The notes under the pieces are model-generated. The model was not told the origin of the DNA and did not search any database. It saw only the letters and a list, made by a program, of their open reading frames with translations. A DNA stretch of 40,519 nucleotides from a virus, in IMG/VR virus record IMGVR_UViG_3300045988_100906, positions 1-40,519 of that record, one strand, 5' to 3'. This document shows, in pieces, positions 1 to 9,909 of the stretch. Each line of letters begins with the position of its first letter. Position 1 is the first letter of the stretch. Position numbers and translations under genes: made by a program.

Positions 1-55
1 ATTTACTCTGTATGCGTCTAAATGCATGGAAAGCCACCTTAATAGGAGAAGAACA
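1..55. repeat. 55-bp terminal direct repeat, copy 1 (circular-closure overlap)
   Basis: Bases 1-55 (ATTTACTCTGTATGCGTCTAAATGCATGGAAAGCCACCTTAATAGGAGAAGAACA) recur exactly as 40465..40519. Confidence 0.95.
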
Positions 56-174
56 TGAAGTTATAAGTAAAGAGATATCTAGTGGCAAATTGACGCTTAC
101 TTTTAAAAACACGCAGCATACACGATTAGTTGTTTACGAGGTAATGTAACAGGATATAAACCGATAACATAACC

Positions 175-1173
175 TTAGTACATAAATAGCAATACCGTGG
201 TAGCAATATTTCCGGTAAATGCTGTCCCGGATAAATTACTGCACTTTACCGCAACCTTGTTTTCAGATACCGTAGCGCTGGTAACAACAGCGCTGCTCGC
301 GGATTTTAATTGCACAATAGCATTTCTGACAGTTTTTGAATATGCAGACGCTATGCTGGAAACATTCACAGTCCCCTGTCCGTTTAAAAAGTTTATGGTC
401 TGGTCTGTAACTATAAGCACAGTATCTTTATTGGAGCCAATTATGATTTTGTTACCTAAAGCGGAGTTTAGCGCATCAACTTGTTTTTTTAATTCACTCC
501 CCTGTGGCGCCGCCAATGCCAAATCCGGATTCGTTCCGGCCAGGTTGTTCACTGGCGCCGTAAAAGCATGTGATTTTAAATCTCCGCAGAATTTTGCCAG
601 TTTTCCAAATGCAACTTCCAAGGTATCTTGTGGCTGTATATTTGCCCTCTGCGTTGCTACTTCAAACGTTACAGCGGTTTTGGAAGAATCCCCATTTTTT
701 TTCAAAAATTCCGTTTCTATTTTATTTCCACTATAGGCGGTTGTGTCCGAGGGCTGTTTGTCATTTATTGCAACTTTACTCTGTATGTTTTCAACTGCTT
801 TATTCGCATTATCTGCGGCTTTATTTGCGCTATCTGTTGCCTTATTTGCATTTGTGGTCGCCGTATTCGCTTTTGTCGCTGCGCTTTTGGCAGATGTTAT
901 GGCTGCGTCTGCCTCTTTTATTTTCTCATCTACACCGGCTGTAAGCGTTCCCTGTATCTCTTCTGTTGCATTATCGATATCTTCCTGCATATCTTCGTAG
1001 GTAGATAGCCTTTTCGGTTCTCCTGCTTCAAAAGCTATGTATACAGCCCGTCCATCTTTGCTGTTCGGGTCCCCGGATTCCACAATTTGGAATTCACGGG
1101 GCAACGTTTTTGTTTTATCAAATTTGCTGTATGGGCCGCCTCGCTGCCGCTGCCGCGTTTTCTTAATTGCCAT
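175..1173 (-). CDS. tail fibre-like protein (332 aa)
   Basis: ATG with GGAAGGTGA RBS. Ala/Asn/Lys-rich repetitive stretch (TKANTATTNANKATDSANKAADNANKA) followed by a beta-rich C-terminus. Sits downstream of the tail tip genes. Confidence 0.6.
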   Translation of the reverse strand: MAIKKTRQRQRGGPYSKFDKTKTLPREFQIVESGDPNSKDGRAVYIAFEAGEPKRLSTYEDMQEDIDNATEEIQGTLTAGVDEKIKEADAAITSAKSAATKANTATTNANKATDSANKAADNANKAVENIQSKVAINDKQPSDTTAYSGNKIETEFLKKNGDSSKTAVTFEVATQRANIQPQDTLEVAFGKLAKFCGDLKSHAFTAPVNNLAGTNPDLALAAPQGSELKKQVDALNSALGNKIIIGSNKDTVLIVTDQTINFLNGQGTVNVSSIASAYSKTVRNAIVQLKSASSAVVTSATVSENKVAVKCSNLSGTAFTGNIATTVLLFMY

Positions 1174-1175
1174 TC

Positions 1176-1388
1176 TTATTCACCTTCCGTCACGGTTACA
1201 TTTTCCATAGCTGCCTGTCTCAGCGCTTTGAACGCATTTTCCAAGTCGTCTCGTCCGTCCGGTATAATAAACTGTTTACGGACATTCTGCTTTACTGGAA
1301 TACCGTTATCATCAATTTCTGAATATGTGTATGACACCACAGTTCCATCACCGCTTGGAAAAATTGTAACACTAGAAATTCTACGCAT
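1176..1388 (-). CDS. small tail-module protein (70 aa), function unknown
   Basis: Strong RBS AAGGAGG. Coupled to both neighbours (overlap at 1381..1388, 2-nt gap to the next gene). Confidence 0.5.
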   Translation of the reverse strand: MRRISSVTIFPSGDGTVVSYTYSEIDDNGIPVKQNVRKQFIIPDGRDDLENAFKALRQAAMENVTVTEGE

Positions 1389-3846
1389 AATATTGCCTCC
1401 TTAAATCATTTATGTAATTCATATAAAAGCTATATCCTTCTCCTGCATAGTTGTTATGCTGGATTTCTTCATAAAACTTTGCCGCATTAAGCGCATAATC
1501 AATATCTTTTCTTTCATCGGACTCAACTTCAACCCTATCCAGTCTCCGGGCTTCAAATCCTCTCTGTATCCCTTTTAATTCCCATGCAAATTTCAAACCA
1601 GGAGTACCCTTAACGGTGAAAAAAAGTGCTTCTTTTTCTTCCACCCATATATCGCCTTTTCCTTCCTTTTGAAGAAAAACCTGGTATTCGCACTCTGTAT
1701 TGATTGTTTCAAGGAATACATCCTCAATGTATATTCTGCACATTCCATTTGTGTCCAGATATCCTTGTCCTATATCCCCGAAATATGGAGATGAGGTTTC
1801 GTAACAATGTTGTACTCTATCTCCGAAATTTTTAGTGCTTGCTACTTTTGCTTTTGTTCCTCCACTGTAAACGAAAAAATTCTGCGACCAGATTGCGTCT
1901 GAGGCTTTTACCCACTTCGCGTCAAATGAAATAATTTTTGCACTGTTAGCGTCCATTGTCGAACATCCTACACGAAGTCCAACAGTTAAATTTCTCATAA
2001 TTTCAGCATCACCAGTGCTCTCAAGTCCATAGGTTTGTAATTTTGCAACACTAACATAATCCAAATCATCGGAAATAGAAAGCATAGTTTTTTTGCCATA
2101 TTCAACTCTAAAGTATCCTCCCGAAATAGTTGTTTTGTTATTATTTTGAGCAGATATAACCTGCATTGCAGGCTGGGCAACCGAACCACTTTTATCTTTT
2201 AATTTTAAAGTAAGATAATCCCATACACCCCGAACTTCCCCATCGCTGTCCAAAACCTGGAGTGTTCCATGCTTATTATCTTTCCCGCCCAACGTCAGCG
2301 TACCGCCATAAATCCTATCTGCGCTCACAGTACCGGAATTAATCCAGTCCGCATTTATTCCAATGGCATTTAAAATTTTTGCTATCAGTGTACCGTCCAC
2401 AGTTAATCCGGCGTTCCAGGTCTTTCCTCCGTCTGTAGATACTGCCATAGCCTCTGCTGTCATTTTCCAAACAATTTTCGACTGTTCTTTTGTGGGTTTA
2501 TCGTGCATATAGTAGATATAGCTGCCGTCAGACTGTTTTTCTGCTGTCATATATAGGCCAGAGGAGTTTTCAAGCCTGCTGCTCAAATCTTCCATGGCTT
2601 TTTCCCATTCTGTTTTCTGCTTGCTCAGTTCCTCTCTGGCTTTTCTATAAGCTGCGCCTGCCTGGGAAAAATAGTCTGCATTGTTTCTGGCCGGACTTTC
2701 TGTGCTGTTGGAAAACGATGTCGTTGACATATATTCAAACTCTATATCCGTCAGAAACGTTTCGTATACATTGTTTTTTGTATCAACAACATAAGCCGGG
2801 TCCATGAATTCAGCGGTAGGATATGCCGTGTGTGTGGCTGTAAACGGCCGCACTTCAATTCCTACTATCCACTTCCCTATCAGCCCCAATGCTTCTTGTT
2901 CCTTGCCGGATATCAGAGGATTGTCAATGCTCAGAACATACCCCTCTTTCCCATAAAGGTATTCCAGTTCCTGCTCTTCCCCATTTACAACTTTTTTGTA
3001 TGTAGTAGACAATCCAGTAATAACAACATCATCTGTACTAATCTCTGGTTCTTCCGGAAAATTTGACAGCACATGGTAGTCATCGTTATCTCCAAACTCT
3101 CCGCCAAAAATGATATCCTGTACAGTTTCCCCGAAATCTCCACCGAATGTCGTGTCCTCAACTGTTTCTCCAAACTCTCCGCCCGAAATATATTCCTGGC
3201 TTTCAAATACGGATAAATCGTAGGTCTTAATCAACAGTCTATTGTTCTCATCGCATACCGCATTTCCGCCCGCAATCTGGGCTATATACCCTATCACTTC
3301 TCTGCAAACCAGGTCTTTTTCTATGCTTTCTACAATAAAATTCTGGTTCGTAAAGGACGGGCTGCCTAAAACTAAGTTGCATTGCTTACACACATCCTGC
3401 AAAATCTGCATCGCCGTAGCCGGAAAAGCAATGCTTGGGCTATATGTAATGTTGGTTTTATACATATCATTTACGGCTTCAATTTCTATTGTGTCACCGT
3501 TTGCCACAGGAGAAGTGACAGTGAAGGTACCTTCCTTAATCCGTTCTGTTGTGCCATTCGGCAATTCGGCTTCTGTGTACAGCGTAATGCGCGCATAATA
3601 GAAATCGTATTCGGAATACTGCTGCTCCGAATTATCAAGGGCAATCCTAATGGTTTTGGCTGCTGCTACACCAAGAGGGAATGAACTTGCCCCGCCGGAC
3701 TCCGAGTATCCGTTTCCGTCCAGCAAAAAATCTCTTTCGGAATTAAGTTCTAACTTCTGCCCGTCTGCCAACACAACTTTGGCATATGCGTAAAACGGTC
3801 CGCCGTTATGGATAATCTCTTTAAAATCGTAGCTTACATTCTTCAT
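1381..3846 (-). CDS. tail-tip / minor structural protein (Tal-like, prophage tail endopeptidase-type N-terminus), 821 aa
   Basis: Large ORF two genes after the tape measure. The N-terminal region looks like siphovirus minor structural proteins. Assigned from position and size. Confidence 0.7.
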   Translation of the reverse strand: MKNVSYDFKEIIHNGGPFYAYAKVVLADGQKLELNSERDFLLDGNGYSESGGASSFPLGVAAAKTIRIALDNSEQQYSEYDFYYARITLYTEAELPNGTTERIKEGTFTVTSPVANGDTIEIEAVNDMYKTNITYSPSIAFPATAMQILQDVCKQCNLVLGSPSFTNQNFIVESIEKDLVCREVIGYIAQIAGGNAVCDENNRLLIKTYDLSVFESQEYISGGEFGETVEDTTFGGDFGETVQDIIFGGEFGDNDDYHVLSNFPEEPEISTDDVVITGLSTTYKKVVNGEEQELEYLYGKEGYVLSIDNPLISGKEQEALGLIGKWIVGIEVRPFTATHTAYPTAEFMDPAYVVDTKNNVYETFLTDIEFEYMSTTSFSNSTESPARNNADYFSQAGAAYRKAREELSKQKTEWEKAMEDLSSRLENSSGLYMTAEKQSDGSYIYYMHDKPTKEQSKIVWKMTAEAMAVSTDGGKTWNAGLTVDGTLIAKILNAIGINADWINSGTVSADRIYGGTLTLGGKDNKHGTLQVLDSDGEVRGVWDYLTLKLKDKSGSVAQPAMQVISAQNNNKTTISGGYFRVEYGKKTMLSISDDLDYVSVAKLQTYGLESTGDAEIMRNLTVGLRVGCSTMDANSAKIISFDAKWVKASDAIWSQNFFVYSGGTKAKVASTKNFGDRVQHCYETSSPYFGDIGQGYLDTNGMCRIYIEDVFLETINTECEYQVFLQKEGKGDIWVEEKEALFFTVKGTPGLKFAWELKGIQRGFEARRLDRVEVESDERKDIDYALNAAKFYEEIQHNNYAGEGYSFYMNYINDLRRQYYA

Positions 3847-3853
3847 AATTCAC

Positions 3854-4240
3854 CTATATTCTTAAGGGGTTTATGCCTGTTACCTGGAAACTTAATTCTT
3901 TTACTGTTTCCTCTCCGTCTACCAGAGAGTAAAACGATGTTTCTATGTTATTTACCATAAACGGTCCCGTTTCCCACCTGGCAGTATAAGTATTAAAGTG
4001 GTAAAATTGGAACTTTTCTTTTCCGAGAACCCTTTTCTTAATTTCTGCCGCAGCTTTGGCCGAAATATTACTCCACTTTAAATTGTAGGCCTCAACGGTG
4101 AAGAGAACTCCACCTTTCATATAGCCTTTCATGGTTCTTGTCCGGTTTGAATCAGATGTCACCGCCTCGCTTACGGAATAACCGTCTTCATCAACATCCG
4201 GCGCTTCGTAGTCATCAAACATCAAATGTCTTTGTGCCAT
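3854..4240 (-). CDS. short distal tail protein-like (128 aa)
   Basis: Immediately follows the tape measure. ATG at 4240 has an AGGTGGAG RBS (the track start at 4249 is GTG). Function is from position only. Confidence 0.45.
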   Translation of the reverse strand: MAQRHLMFDDYEAPDVDEDGYSVSEAVTSDSNRTRTMKGYMKGGVLFTVEAYNLKWSNISAKAAAEIKKRVLGKEKFQFYHFNTYTARWETGPFMVNNIETSFYSLVDGEETVKELSFQVTGINPLRI

Positions 4241-4256
4241 TCTCTCCACCTCTCAA

Positions 4257-7200
4257 TCATGCCAATTCAAAGGGATTTCTCCCTGTCTGCATTTGCATTG
4301 TCTTCGCTTCATCAATTATAATACGCATAATTTCTCGTCTGCCTACCTTTGCACTCACCTCATATTTATTTCCGTTGCCGCCTCCGGTTTCTTCTCTCAC
4401 AATACGTCTTATAAGCCCCTCTGGCGCCTCTATATTGTTTCCATACTTCTGGTCTCCCAATACTGCCATGAATTCCTTGTTCGGCGGAATAACGGCGCCA
4501 GACGCAAGATATGGAATGGTGGGAGGGGTTATTGTCGAAATACTAAAGCCGAAACTGTTTCCACCAAATCCCGGTACCCAGCTTGGAATTGTAAAGTGAA
4601 TCCTGTTAAGCATACGGATTACCGCATTTAACCCCGATGCAATCGCACGGATTATGGTGTTTACCACACCTATAATCGTATTTAATGGCATTGTCGCAAT
4701 ACCTCCCAGAGTTTCAAAGATACCGGAGAAAATGTCTATTACAGACTGCCATGCACCTTTCCAATTCAGTGTGAAAACATTTTTAATGAAATTAATAATT
4801 CCACTGAAGGTATTCTTAATTCCACTCCATATATGCTCTACACTGCTCCAAAATCCCTCCAGGATGTCTCCCATAACGCCAAACTGCTCCTGGAAGTCCT
4901 GCGTAAAGATTCCACTTAGGAAATCATCAAAACTTTGTAAAATGCCTGTAATTCCATTCCAGATGTCAGAAGCCTTCTGCTTTATCGAATCCCATGTATC
5001 ACTCAAGAACTGTTTAATGCCATTCCAGACAAGTTCTGCTGTTACTTTTATTGCAGCCCATGTGTTACTGATGAACTGTTTAATTCCGTTTAAAACAAGT
5101 TCTATCGTTACCTTTATTGCAGCCCATGTGTTACTGATAGACTGTTTAATGCTGTTCCAGATAAGTTCTGTTGTTGTTTTTATTGCTTCCCATCTTAATT
5201 TTATTTGCTCTGCGAGTTCTGCTGCTGCTGCTTTTATGTCGTCCCAGTGTGTTATTAAAAGGATTCCTACGGCAATAACTGCAATAATTGCCAGCGTAAG
5301 AGGGCCACCTAACAATCCTACAATATATGAAATTGCGGCACCCAGCCCTCCACCGTTCATTAAAATGGAAATTAATGGTCTTATTACTCCAAAAACCTTA
5401 CCAATTGTCTTAACCACTGTCATGATTACCGGAACTAACTTTGAAGCCGCAAAAGCCCCTATTAGAGCTGCACCGACAGCTTCAATAATCCATTGATGTT
5501 TACCCAGAAATTCAAATAATCCTGCCAAAGCATTTATAATAGCCGGAATGGCTGTTTCTATCAGGAATTTTGCTACCGGGAGAATAATAGTTGTATAAAT
5601 CTTATACAGGAAGTCTCCTATAGCCTGTACAATCGGCTTAATGGATTCCAACAATCTTGCAATGGATTCCAGCAATGGGTAAAAATCTAAATTTGCAGCC
5701 CAGTCGGCCGTTGCCTTTGCAATTCTCTCCACAAAATCAAGGACAGTCTGGATAATGTCCGCTATGGCCTGTATGATTCGTGTTCCGACATTGTTCGTTT
5801 CCCATGCCTCTTTCAACTTTGCGGCAATATTTCCAATCAGAATCAAAACTTGCTGTGCGATTCTGAGCATGGTAGATAACATTTGCGTTCCCGTTCCATT
5901 TGTCCACACTTCAAGAAGGCTTCTGCCTACACTCTTTGCTAAATCCCCCAAACTTGAAAGCGCATATTTTGCAGCGTCAATGGTATTTTTCCCTTCTGCC
6001 TGCCATGCTTCCTTAAACGGCTTAAAAAGACTTGCCAGAGTATCCTTTACTTTTTGCAGGATAGGGATGTCTGTGATTTCAACCTCTTCAAAGAAAGGGC
6101 CTTCTGGGATAGTTCCTCCAATGCCTCCGTTGTTCCCACCGCCATTATTTCCACCGCTGCCGCTATTTTGTTCCGTGTATCGGTTTATATCATCCAGAGG
6201 TGAAAGATAATCTTCTGCCGCTTCTGCTGCTTTTTCTGTTTCCTCTGCGGCGTCTTTTGCCCCTGTGGCCGTATCCTGTAAACTGGAAGCATAGTCCTTT
6301 TGTACCGCTACCGCCTTTGTGTATGTACTTTTTCCCGACAAGAATGCAAAGAACATACTCACATAACTCGCCGCTGTAGAGAGCATATCTATAAACTTTG
6401 TTAAGATAGGCGCTATGACATCCAGGATAGGCGCAAACGCCGTAGCAAGGCTGTTTTTTAAGCGTTCCAGGCTACTCCATAACATGGATATGCTTTTATT
6501 TGTACTGCCAGAGTATTGTGCAAGATTGGTAAAGCCGTCTTTAATCGCGCTTGTTGCTGTGCTTATTGCACGGAATACAAAGCTAAATAAAAGGGATGTC
6601 CCCAACATTTTCCCAATACCAAACTGGGCGGATTTAGCAGATTTTCCGGTGTCTTTAAGATTTTTTGAGAACCGCCTTCCCGATGCAGATGCTTTTTTCT
6701 GCGCACTGTCTGTTTTTAACAGAGTTCTCTTATAATCTTCAACTTGCCTTTTAACCCCGGAATATGCCTTACCAAGAGGTTTTTTCATATTAGAAAGCTT
6801 TTTTTCTTCTACGGCCAGCTTTTTCATATTTTCTGCCGCTTCTTCTGCCTTATCCCCAAGCGTAAATGCTTTTTCGGCACTTTCTAATTTTCTCAACTCT
6901 TTTTTTGCTTCTCTTATTTCATTTGACAATTTATCTATATCTTGCTGTTGGTTCTTATACCAATCATCATTTACAGAACCTCCCAAGTCCATAAATTGTT
7001 GCTGTGCACGAATTAAGTTATCCATCCTCTGAGATGTTTTATCTATAGTATCCTGTATGCTTTTATACTCCTGCGTAGGAACTTTCTGATTTGCGTATTC
7101 CTGGGCTTTTTGTTTAAGTTCTTCAACCTTTTTCTCCTGCGCAGCGTATTCACGGTTCATCTCTTCAAAAGTATTTATTTGTTCATTAAGGGCAGCTTTG

Positions 7201-7331
7201 AGTTTTTTTCCAAGTCCGTCAACCGCTGTTGCCATTTTTCGCAAATGGTCTTCTACCTCTTTGCTTCCAGCTTTCATACCGTCCGCTTCTATCTCGGTAT
7301 CAATAATAATAGAGCCGTCAGCTTCTGCCAT
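4257..7331 (-). CDS. tail tape measure protein (1024 aa from MAEADGS)
   Basis: Coiled-coil N-terminus, Gly-rich stretch, long hydrophobic core and W/IK periodic repeats. GAGGTGAG RBS precedes the ATG at 7331. The track start at 7388 lacks an RBS and overlaps the upstream gene. Confidence 0.9.
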   Translation of the reverse strand: MAEADGSIIIDTEIEADGMKAGSKEVEDHLRKMATAVDGLGKKLKAALNEQINTFEEMNREYAAQEKKVEELKQKAQEYANQKVPTQEYKSIQDTIDKTSQRMDNLIRAQQQFMDLGGSVNDDWYKNQQQDIDKLSNEIREAKKELRKLESAEKAFTLGDKAEEAAENMKKLAVEEKKLSNMKKPLGKAYSGVKRQVEDYKRTLLKTDSAQKKASASGRRFSKNLKDTGKSAKSAQFGIGKMLGTSLLFSFVFRAISTATSAIKDGFTNLAQYSGSTNKSISMLWSSLERLKNSLATAFAPILDVIAPILTKFIDMLSTAASYVSMFFAFLSGKSTYTKAVAVQKDYASSLQDTATGAKDAAEETEKAAEAAEDYLSPLDDINRYTEQNSGSGGNNGGGNNGGIGGTIPEGPFFEEVEITDIPILQKVKDTLASLFKPFKEAWQAEGKNTIDAAKYALSSLGDLAKSVGRSLLEVWTNGTGTQMLSTMLRIAQQVLILIGNIAAKLKEAWETNNVGTRIIQAIADIIQTVLDFVERIAKATADWAANLDFYPLLESIARLLESIKPIVQAIGDFLYKIYTTIILPVAKFLIETAIPAIINALAGLFEFLGKHQWIIEAVGAALIGAFAASKLVPVIMTVVKTIGKVFGVIRPLISILMNGGGLGAAISYIVGLLGGPLTLAIIAVIAVGILLITHWDDIKAAAAELAEQIKLRWEAIKTTTELIWNSIKQSISNTWAAIKVTIELVLNGIKQFISNTWAAIKVTAELVWNGIKQFLSDTWDSIKQKASDIWNGITGILQSFDDFLSGIFTQDFQEQFGVMGDILEGFWSSVEHIWSGIKNTFSGIINFIKNVFTLNWKGAWQSVIDIFSGIFETLGGIATMPLNTIIGVVNTIIRAIASGLNAVIRMLNRIHFTIPSWVPGFGGNSFGFSISTITPPTIPYLASGAVIPPNKEFMAVLGDQKYGNNIEAPEGLIRRIVREETGGGNGNKYEVSAKVGRREIMRIIIDEAKTMQMQTGRNPFELA
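4944..5207. repeat. 66-bp (22-aa) tandem repeats inside the tape measure gene
   Basis: Units start at 5010, 5076 and 5142, with a degenerate unit from about 4944. They encode ..IKQxISNTWAAIKVTxELVxNG.. Confidence 0.8.
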
Positions 7332-7351
7332 ATTCTCACCTCTTCTTATTC

Positions 7352-7373
7352 GGCTCTGCGTCTGGCGTCTGGC
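7352..7373. repeat. 22-bp exact repeat GGCTCTGCGTCTGGCGTCTGGC, copy 1 (copy 2 at 13423..13444)
   Basis: Read directly. Lies in the gap between the Gp15-like stop and the tape measure RBS. Confidence 0.9.
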
Positions 7374-7374
7374 T

Positions 7375-7971
7375 CTATATTTTTCCAAACAGCAAATCGA
7401 GGGCTTCTCTCTCTTCTTTGCTGCGTTCTACTTTCTGTTTTTTCTCAAAATCAACCAATTTCTGGTTATCTCTGTAAAAATCTTTCTCCCATTTTTCCAG
7501 TTTTTTTCCTTTGCGTTTCTTTTCCCGGATACTCACAATCGTGGAAAATGTGCTCTCCCCGACTTCCATGTATAGCCCGAAGAAAGTCCACCAGTGCATA
7601 TACTCTTCCGACCGCACATCTTTATGTGCAACCTTATTAATTGCCGGGATTACAACTGGGGCGTCATGTTCCCAGTCCATAAGTCGTGGCTTCGGACTAT
7701 CTCCCGGCTTTATTCCGCAATCAATAAAATCCACTGCTTTTTCTGCTGCTTCTTTCCAGTCCTTCGGCGGCATGTCCTCAAAATCCACATACAGTATCTG
7801 CAGCATGGTAAGGATTTTTTCCCACTGTTTTTCGTTTTCTGTCATGTCTGGAGATAAGATTTCCGGGTCATTCATAGCTGTCAGTACGTCCAGCACAACC
7901 CGAAAATCCGTCCGAATCGAATACTCCTTACCACAAACATCAATGGAAACCGGGAGTTTCCAAGCGTCCAT
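7375..7971 (-). CDS. Gp15-family tail assembly protein (198 aa)
   Basis: N-terminus LPVSIDVCGKEYSIRTDFRVVLDVL resembles the A118-type Gp15 family. Sits directly upstream of the tape measure. Confidence 0.7.
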   Translation of the reverse strand: MDAWKLPVSIDVCGKEYSIRTDFRVVLDVLTAMNDPEILSPDMTENEKQWEKILTMLQILYVDFEDMPPKDWKEAAEKAVDFIDCGIKPGDSPKPRLMDWEHDAPVVIPAINKVAHKDVRSEEYMHWWTFFGLYMEVGESTFSTIVSIREKKRKGKKLEKWEKDFYRDNQKLVDFEKKQKVERSKEEREALDLLFGKI

Positions 7972-8396
7972 TATCGGTGGTACTTCGTCACATATTTGTT
8001 CATGCGACGCTGTACCTTTTTACTACGCACTTTAAATTCTTTTTCAACGATGTTTGCAATCGCCGTGAGGACGTTTTCCACAAACAATTCCCCGGAGGCC
8101 AAAGGGGAAAACGGGGACAAAATATCGAAAAATGCTTCCTGTGCATCTGCGCCGATAAGATAGCTTACCTGTTCCACCAATTCCTTCTCCGCCGCCTGCA
8201 TTGTTTCCTCTGAATTATCCGGTAACTGCAAATTGTTAAAGAATTTCGCCACTTCCTCATAGCGATTGACAATTCCTGTATCAGACGGTCTGAAAACGAA
8301 TTTCCCGAGTAACTTTCCATGCTTATTCTTGATGTTATAGACCTTACTTCCATCGTCGATAATGATGTCGTTGTTCTGGTTGTTCTGATTTCCCAT
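7971..8396 (-). CDS. tail assembly chaperone-like protein (141 aa)
   Basis: Lies between the major tail and Gp15 genes. AAGGAGA RBS. TAATG overlap with the next gene. Confidence 0.5.
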   Translation of the reverse strand: MGNQNNQNNDIIIDDGSKVYNIKNKHGKLLGKFVFRPSDTGIVNRYEEVAKFFNNLQLPDNSEETMQAAEKELVEQVSYLIGADAQEAFFDILSPFSPLASGELFVENVLTAIANIVEKEFKVRSKKVQRRMNKYVTKYHR

Positions 8397-8421
8397 GTTT
8401 TTTCTCCTTATCTGTGTTTGT

Positions 8422-8928
8422 TCAGCTTGGGATTTCCCCGGCTTTAAATTCCGGCGCTCCTGTTTTTAAAGAAGCTGCTGTGACATACCCTTTTGTACGT
8501 TTTCCGTCTTCTGAAATACTAAATGGAATATTTAATCCGGCCGTGTCGCCACCATAACTCTGTGGCTTTACAATAACTTCCTGCACAAAAGCCAGGTGGT
8601 TTTCTGCCGCTGTGTCCTCGATAATCACCTCTAACGTAAGGGTCTGACAGGCTGCGCCCTTCTTTCTTTCCAGAGCAATATCTCTAAGCGGTCTGTACAG
8701 TTCATTATCTGTATCTGCATAAAACGGGTCTGCGTCTGTGGTAGGCTCATATCCGTTATCTTTTGTTTTTGTCTGTCCCAAGATATTCTTTGTAGTTTCC
8801 ATATCCGGGTTCAGCTCTGTGGAAAGTTCTTCGATATCATCTCCGATAAGAACCCATTTCGCGCTTGCGGTTACTTTTTTAAATGTAGAATCAAGATAGA
8901 GCATAAATGCTTCACGATTTAATTTCAT
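8422..8928 (-). CDS. major tail protein (168 aa)
   Basis: Size and position between the head-tail joining genes and the chaperones. Confidence 0.65.
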   Translation of the reverse strand: MKLNREAFMLYLDSTFKKVTASAKWVLIGDDIEELSTELNPDMETTKNILGQTKTKDNGYEPTTDADPFYADTDNELYRPLRDIALERKKGAACQTLTLEVIIEDTAAENHLAFVQEVIVKPQSYGGDTAGLNIPFSISEDGKRTKGYVTAASLKTGAPEFKAGEIPS

Positions 8929-8960
8929 ATGTTTTCCTTTCTGCTGTCTTTACAGCTATG

Positions 8961-9479
8961 TTATTTATTCCTGTAAAAAATGTTTCTGTATCTGAATACA
9001 AAGCTTATTACCCAGTTCTGTACATTGTTTTCGCTTACATAGTCCAGATACGCTGGTGCCTGCCTTACAATCTCTGTAATAGTCCTGCCGTCTGTCAGCA
9101 CCGGGTATCCCGGCAGCTTATAAGTTTCACTGCCTATCTTTATTGTCTGTCTTTCCAGCCACCGTCCCAGGTTGTCCAAAAATTCTTTTATATCTATTTT
9201 TGAATTCGCCGATTCCGTCGCTGTCCGGTACACAATATAAAACGGGTAGTTGCAAAGCTGATTCACTTTCCCGGTAACGGATACTTTCTCACTGGAAATA
9301 GCAGCGCCTGTAACCGGATAGAAAGCAATCCCGCTCTCCTCCCCCAGGGTTGAAAACTTAATCTGTTCACCCTCCAAGAGCCCCGGATACTGATTAAGCA
9401 AATCGTTGATAGCATTGGTAATAATGTCGTAGCCGTCCACGTCATATTTGAATGGCTTGCGTTTATCCGCCTCCTGCAA
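8961..9479 (-). CDS. tail terminator / 'minor capsid' family protein (172 aa, TTG start)
   Basis: TTG start with GGGGTGA RBS and no in-frame ATG near the N-terminus. Position matches the A118-type head-tail cluster. Confidence 0.5.
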   Translation of the reverse strand: MQEADKRKPFKYDVDGYDIITNAINDLLNQYPGLLEGEQIKFSTLGEESGIAFYPVTGAAISSEKVSVTGKVNQLCNYPFYIVYRTATESANSKIDIKEFLDNLGRWLERQTIKIGSETYKLPGYPVLTDGRTITEIVRQAPAYLDYVSENNVQNWVISFVFRYRNIFYRNK

Positions 9480-9909
9480 TTCTCTTCACCCCTCGTATCC
9501 ATGCTTGTCCATGGTTATTTTTTGCTGTATCGAACCAATGTGGTGCAGCTTTTGGATTGCTGTAAGTAAGGGCCTCGTCTGTTGGCACTTTCTTTACACC
9601 CTTTCGTGCCCATGGTGAATCCGTCACCGGGTCAACCATTATCTTTCCTTCGTATTGGAATCTGCCGTAAGGGGTATAGGCTGCGTACACTTTACCCGTA
9701 CCTTGATATACCGCACTTCGTTTTGTTGTTAAATCCACAAGCGCTCCGTCTCTAAGCGGCATATACGGCTTCATGCCATTCATAACTTCCCTGTCAAGAT
9801 AAACCTGCGCATCCTGGTACTGCTTTTCAAACCGGTTCAAATTTATATCCACTCGGATATCACCTTCGACCAGAGACCATTTAGGAAAATGAAAGGTTCT
9901 TCCTGCCAT
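9463..9909 (-). CDS. head-tail joining / 'minor capsid protein' family (148 aa)
   Basis: MAGRTFHFPKW...LNRFEKQYQDAQ resembles the Minor_capsid_2-type family. ATG at 9909 has a GGAGGG RBS (the track start at 9930 is TTG). Confidence 0.6.
   Translation of the reverse strand: MAGRTFHFPKWSLVEGDIRVDINLNRFEKQYQDAQVYLDREVMNGMKPYMPLRDGALVDLTTKRSAVYQGTGKVYAAYTPYGRFQYEGKIMVDPVTDSPWARKGVKKVPTDEALTYSNPKAAPHWFDTAKNNHGQAWIRGVKRIAGGG

Noticed and set aside
197-1008. Several plus-strand ORFs (197..736, 570..944, 628..1008, 743..1000) antisense to the fibre gene
   Set aside because: They lack RBSs, have low-complexity Leu/Phe/Cys-rich translations and lie fully inside a well-supported minus-strand gene. The same reasoning applies to other antisense track ORFs, for example 4654..5496, 15712..16332, 23746..24324, 27634..28143 and 38226..39242.
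175-1173. Mu G-segment-like invertible tail-fibre switch involving the opposite-strand frame across the junction
   Set aside because: I looked for inverted repeats between 40224..40340 and the fibre gene body and found none. No serine invertase is encoded. The idea is kept only as a remote possibility under the junction-ORF finding.
7332-7388. N-terminal extension of the tape measure ORF (MEKYRARRQTQSRIRRGEN)
   Set aside because: There is no RBS, it overlaps the Gp15-like gene, and it is a translation of the 22-bp repeat. The ATG at 7331 has a good GAGGTGAG RBS.
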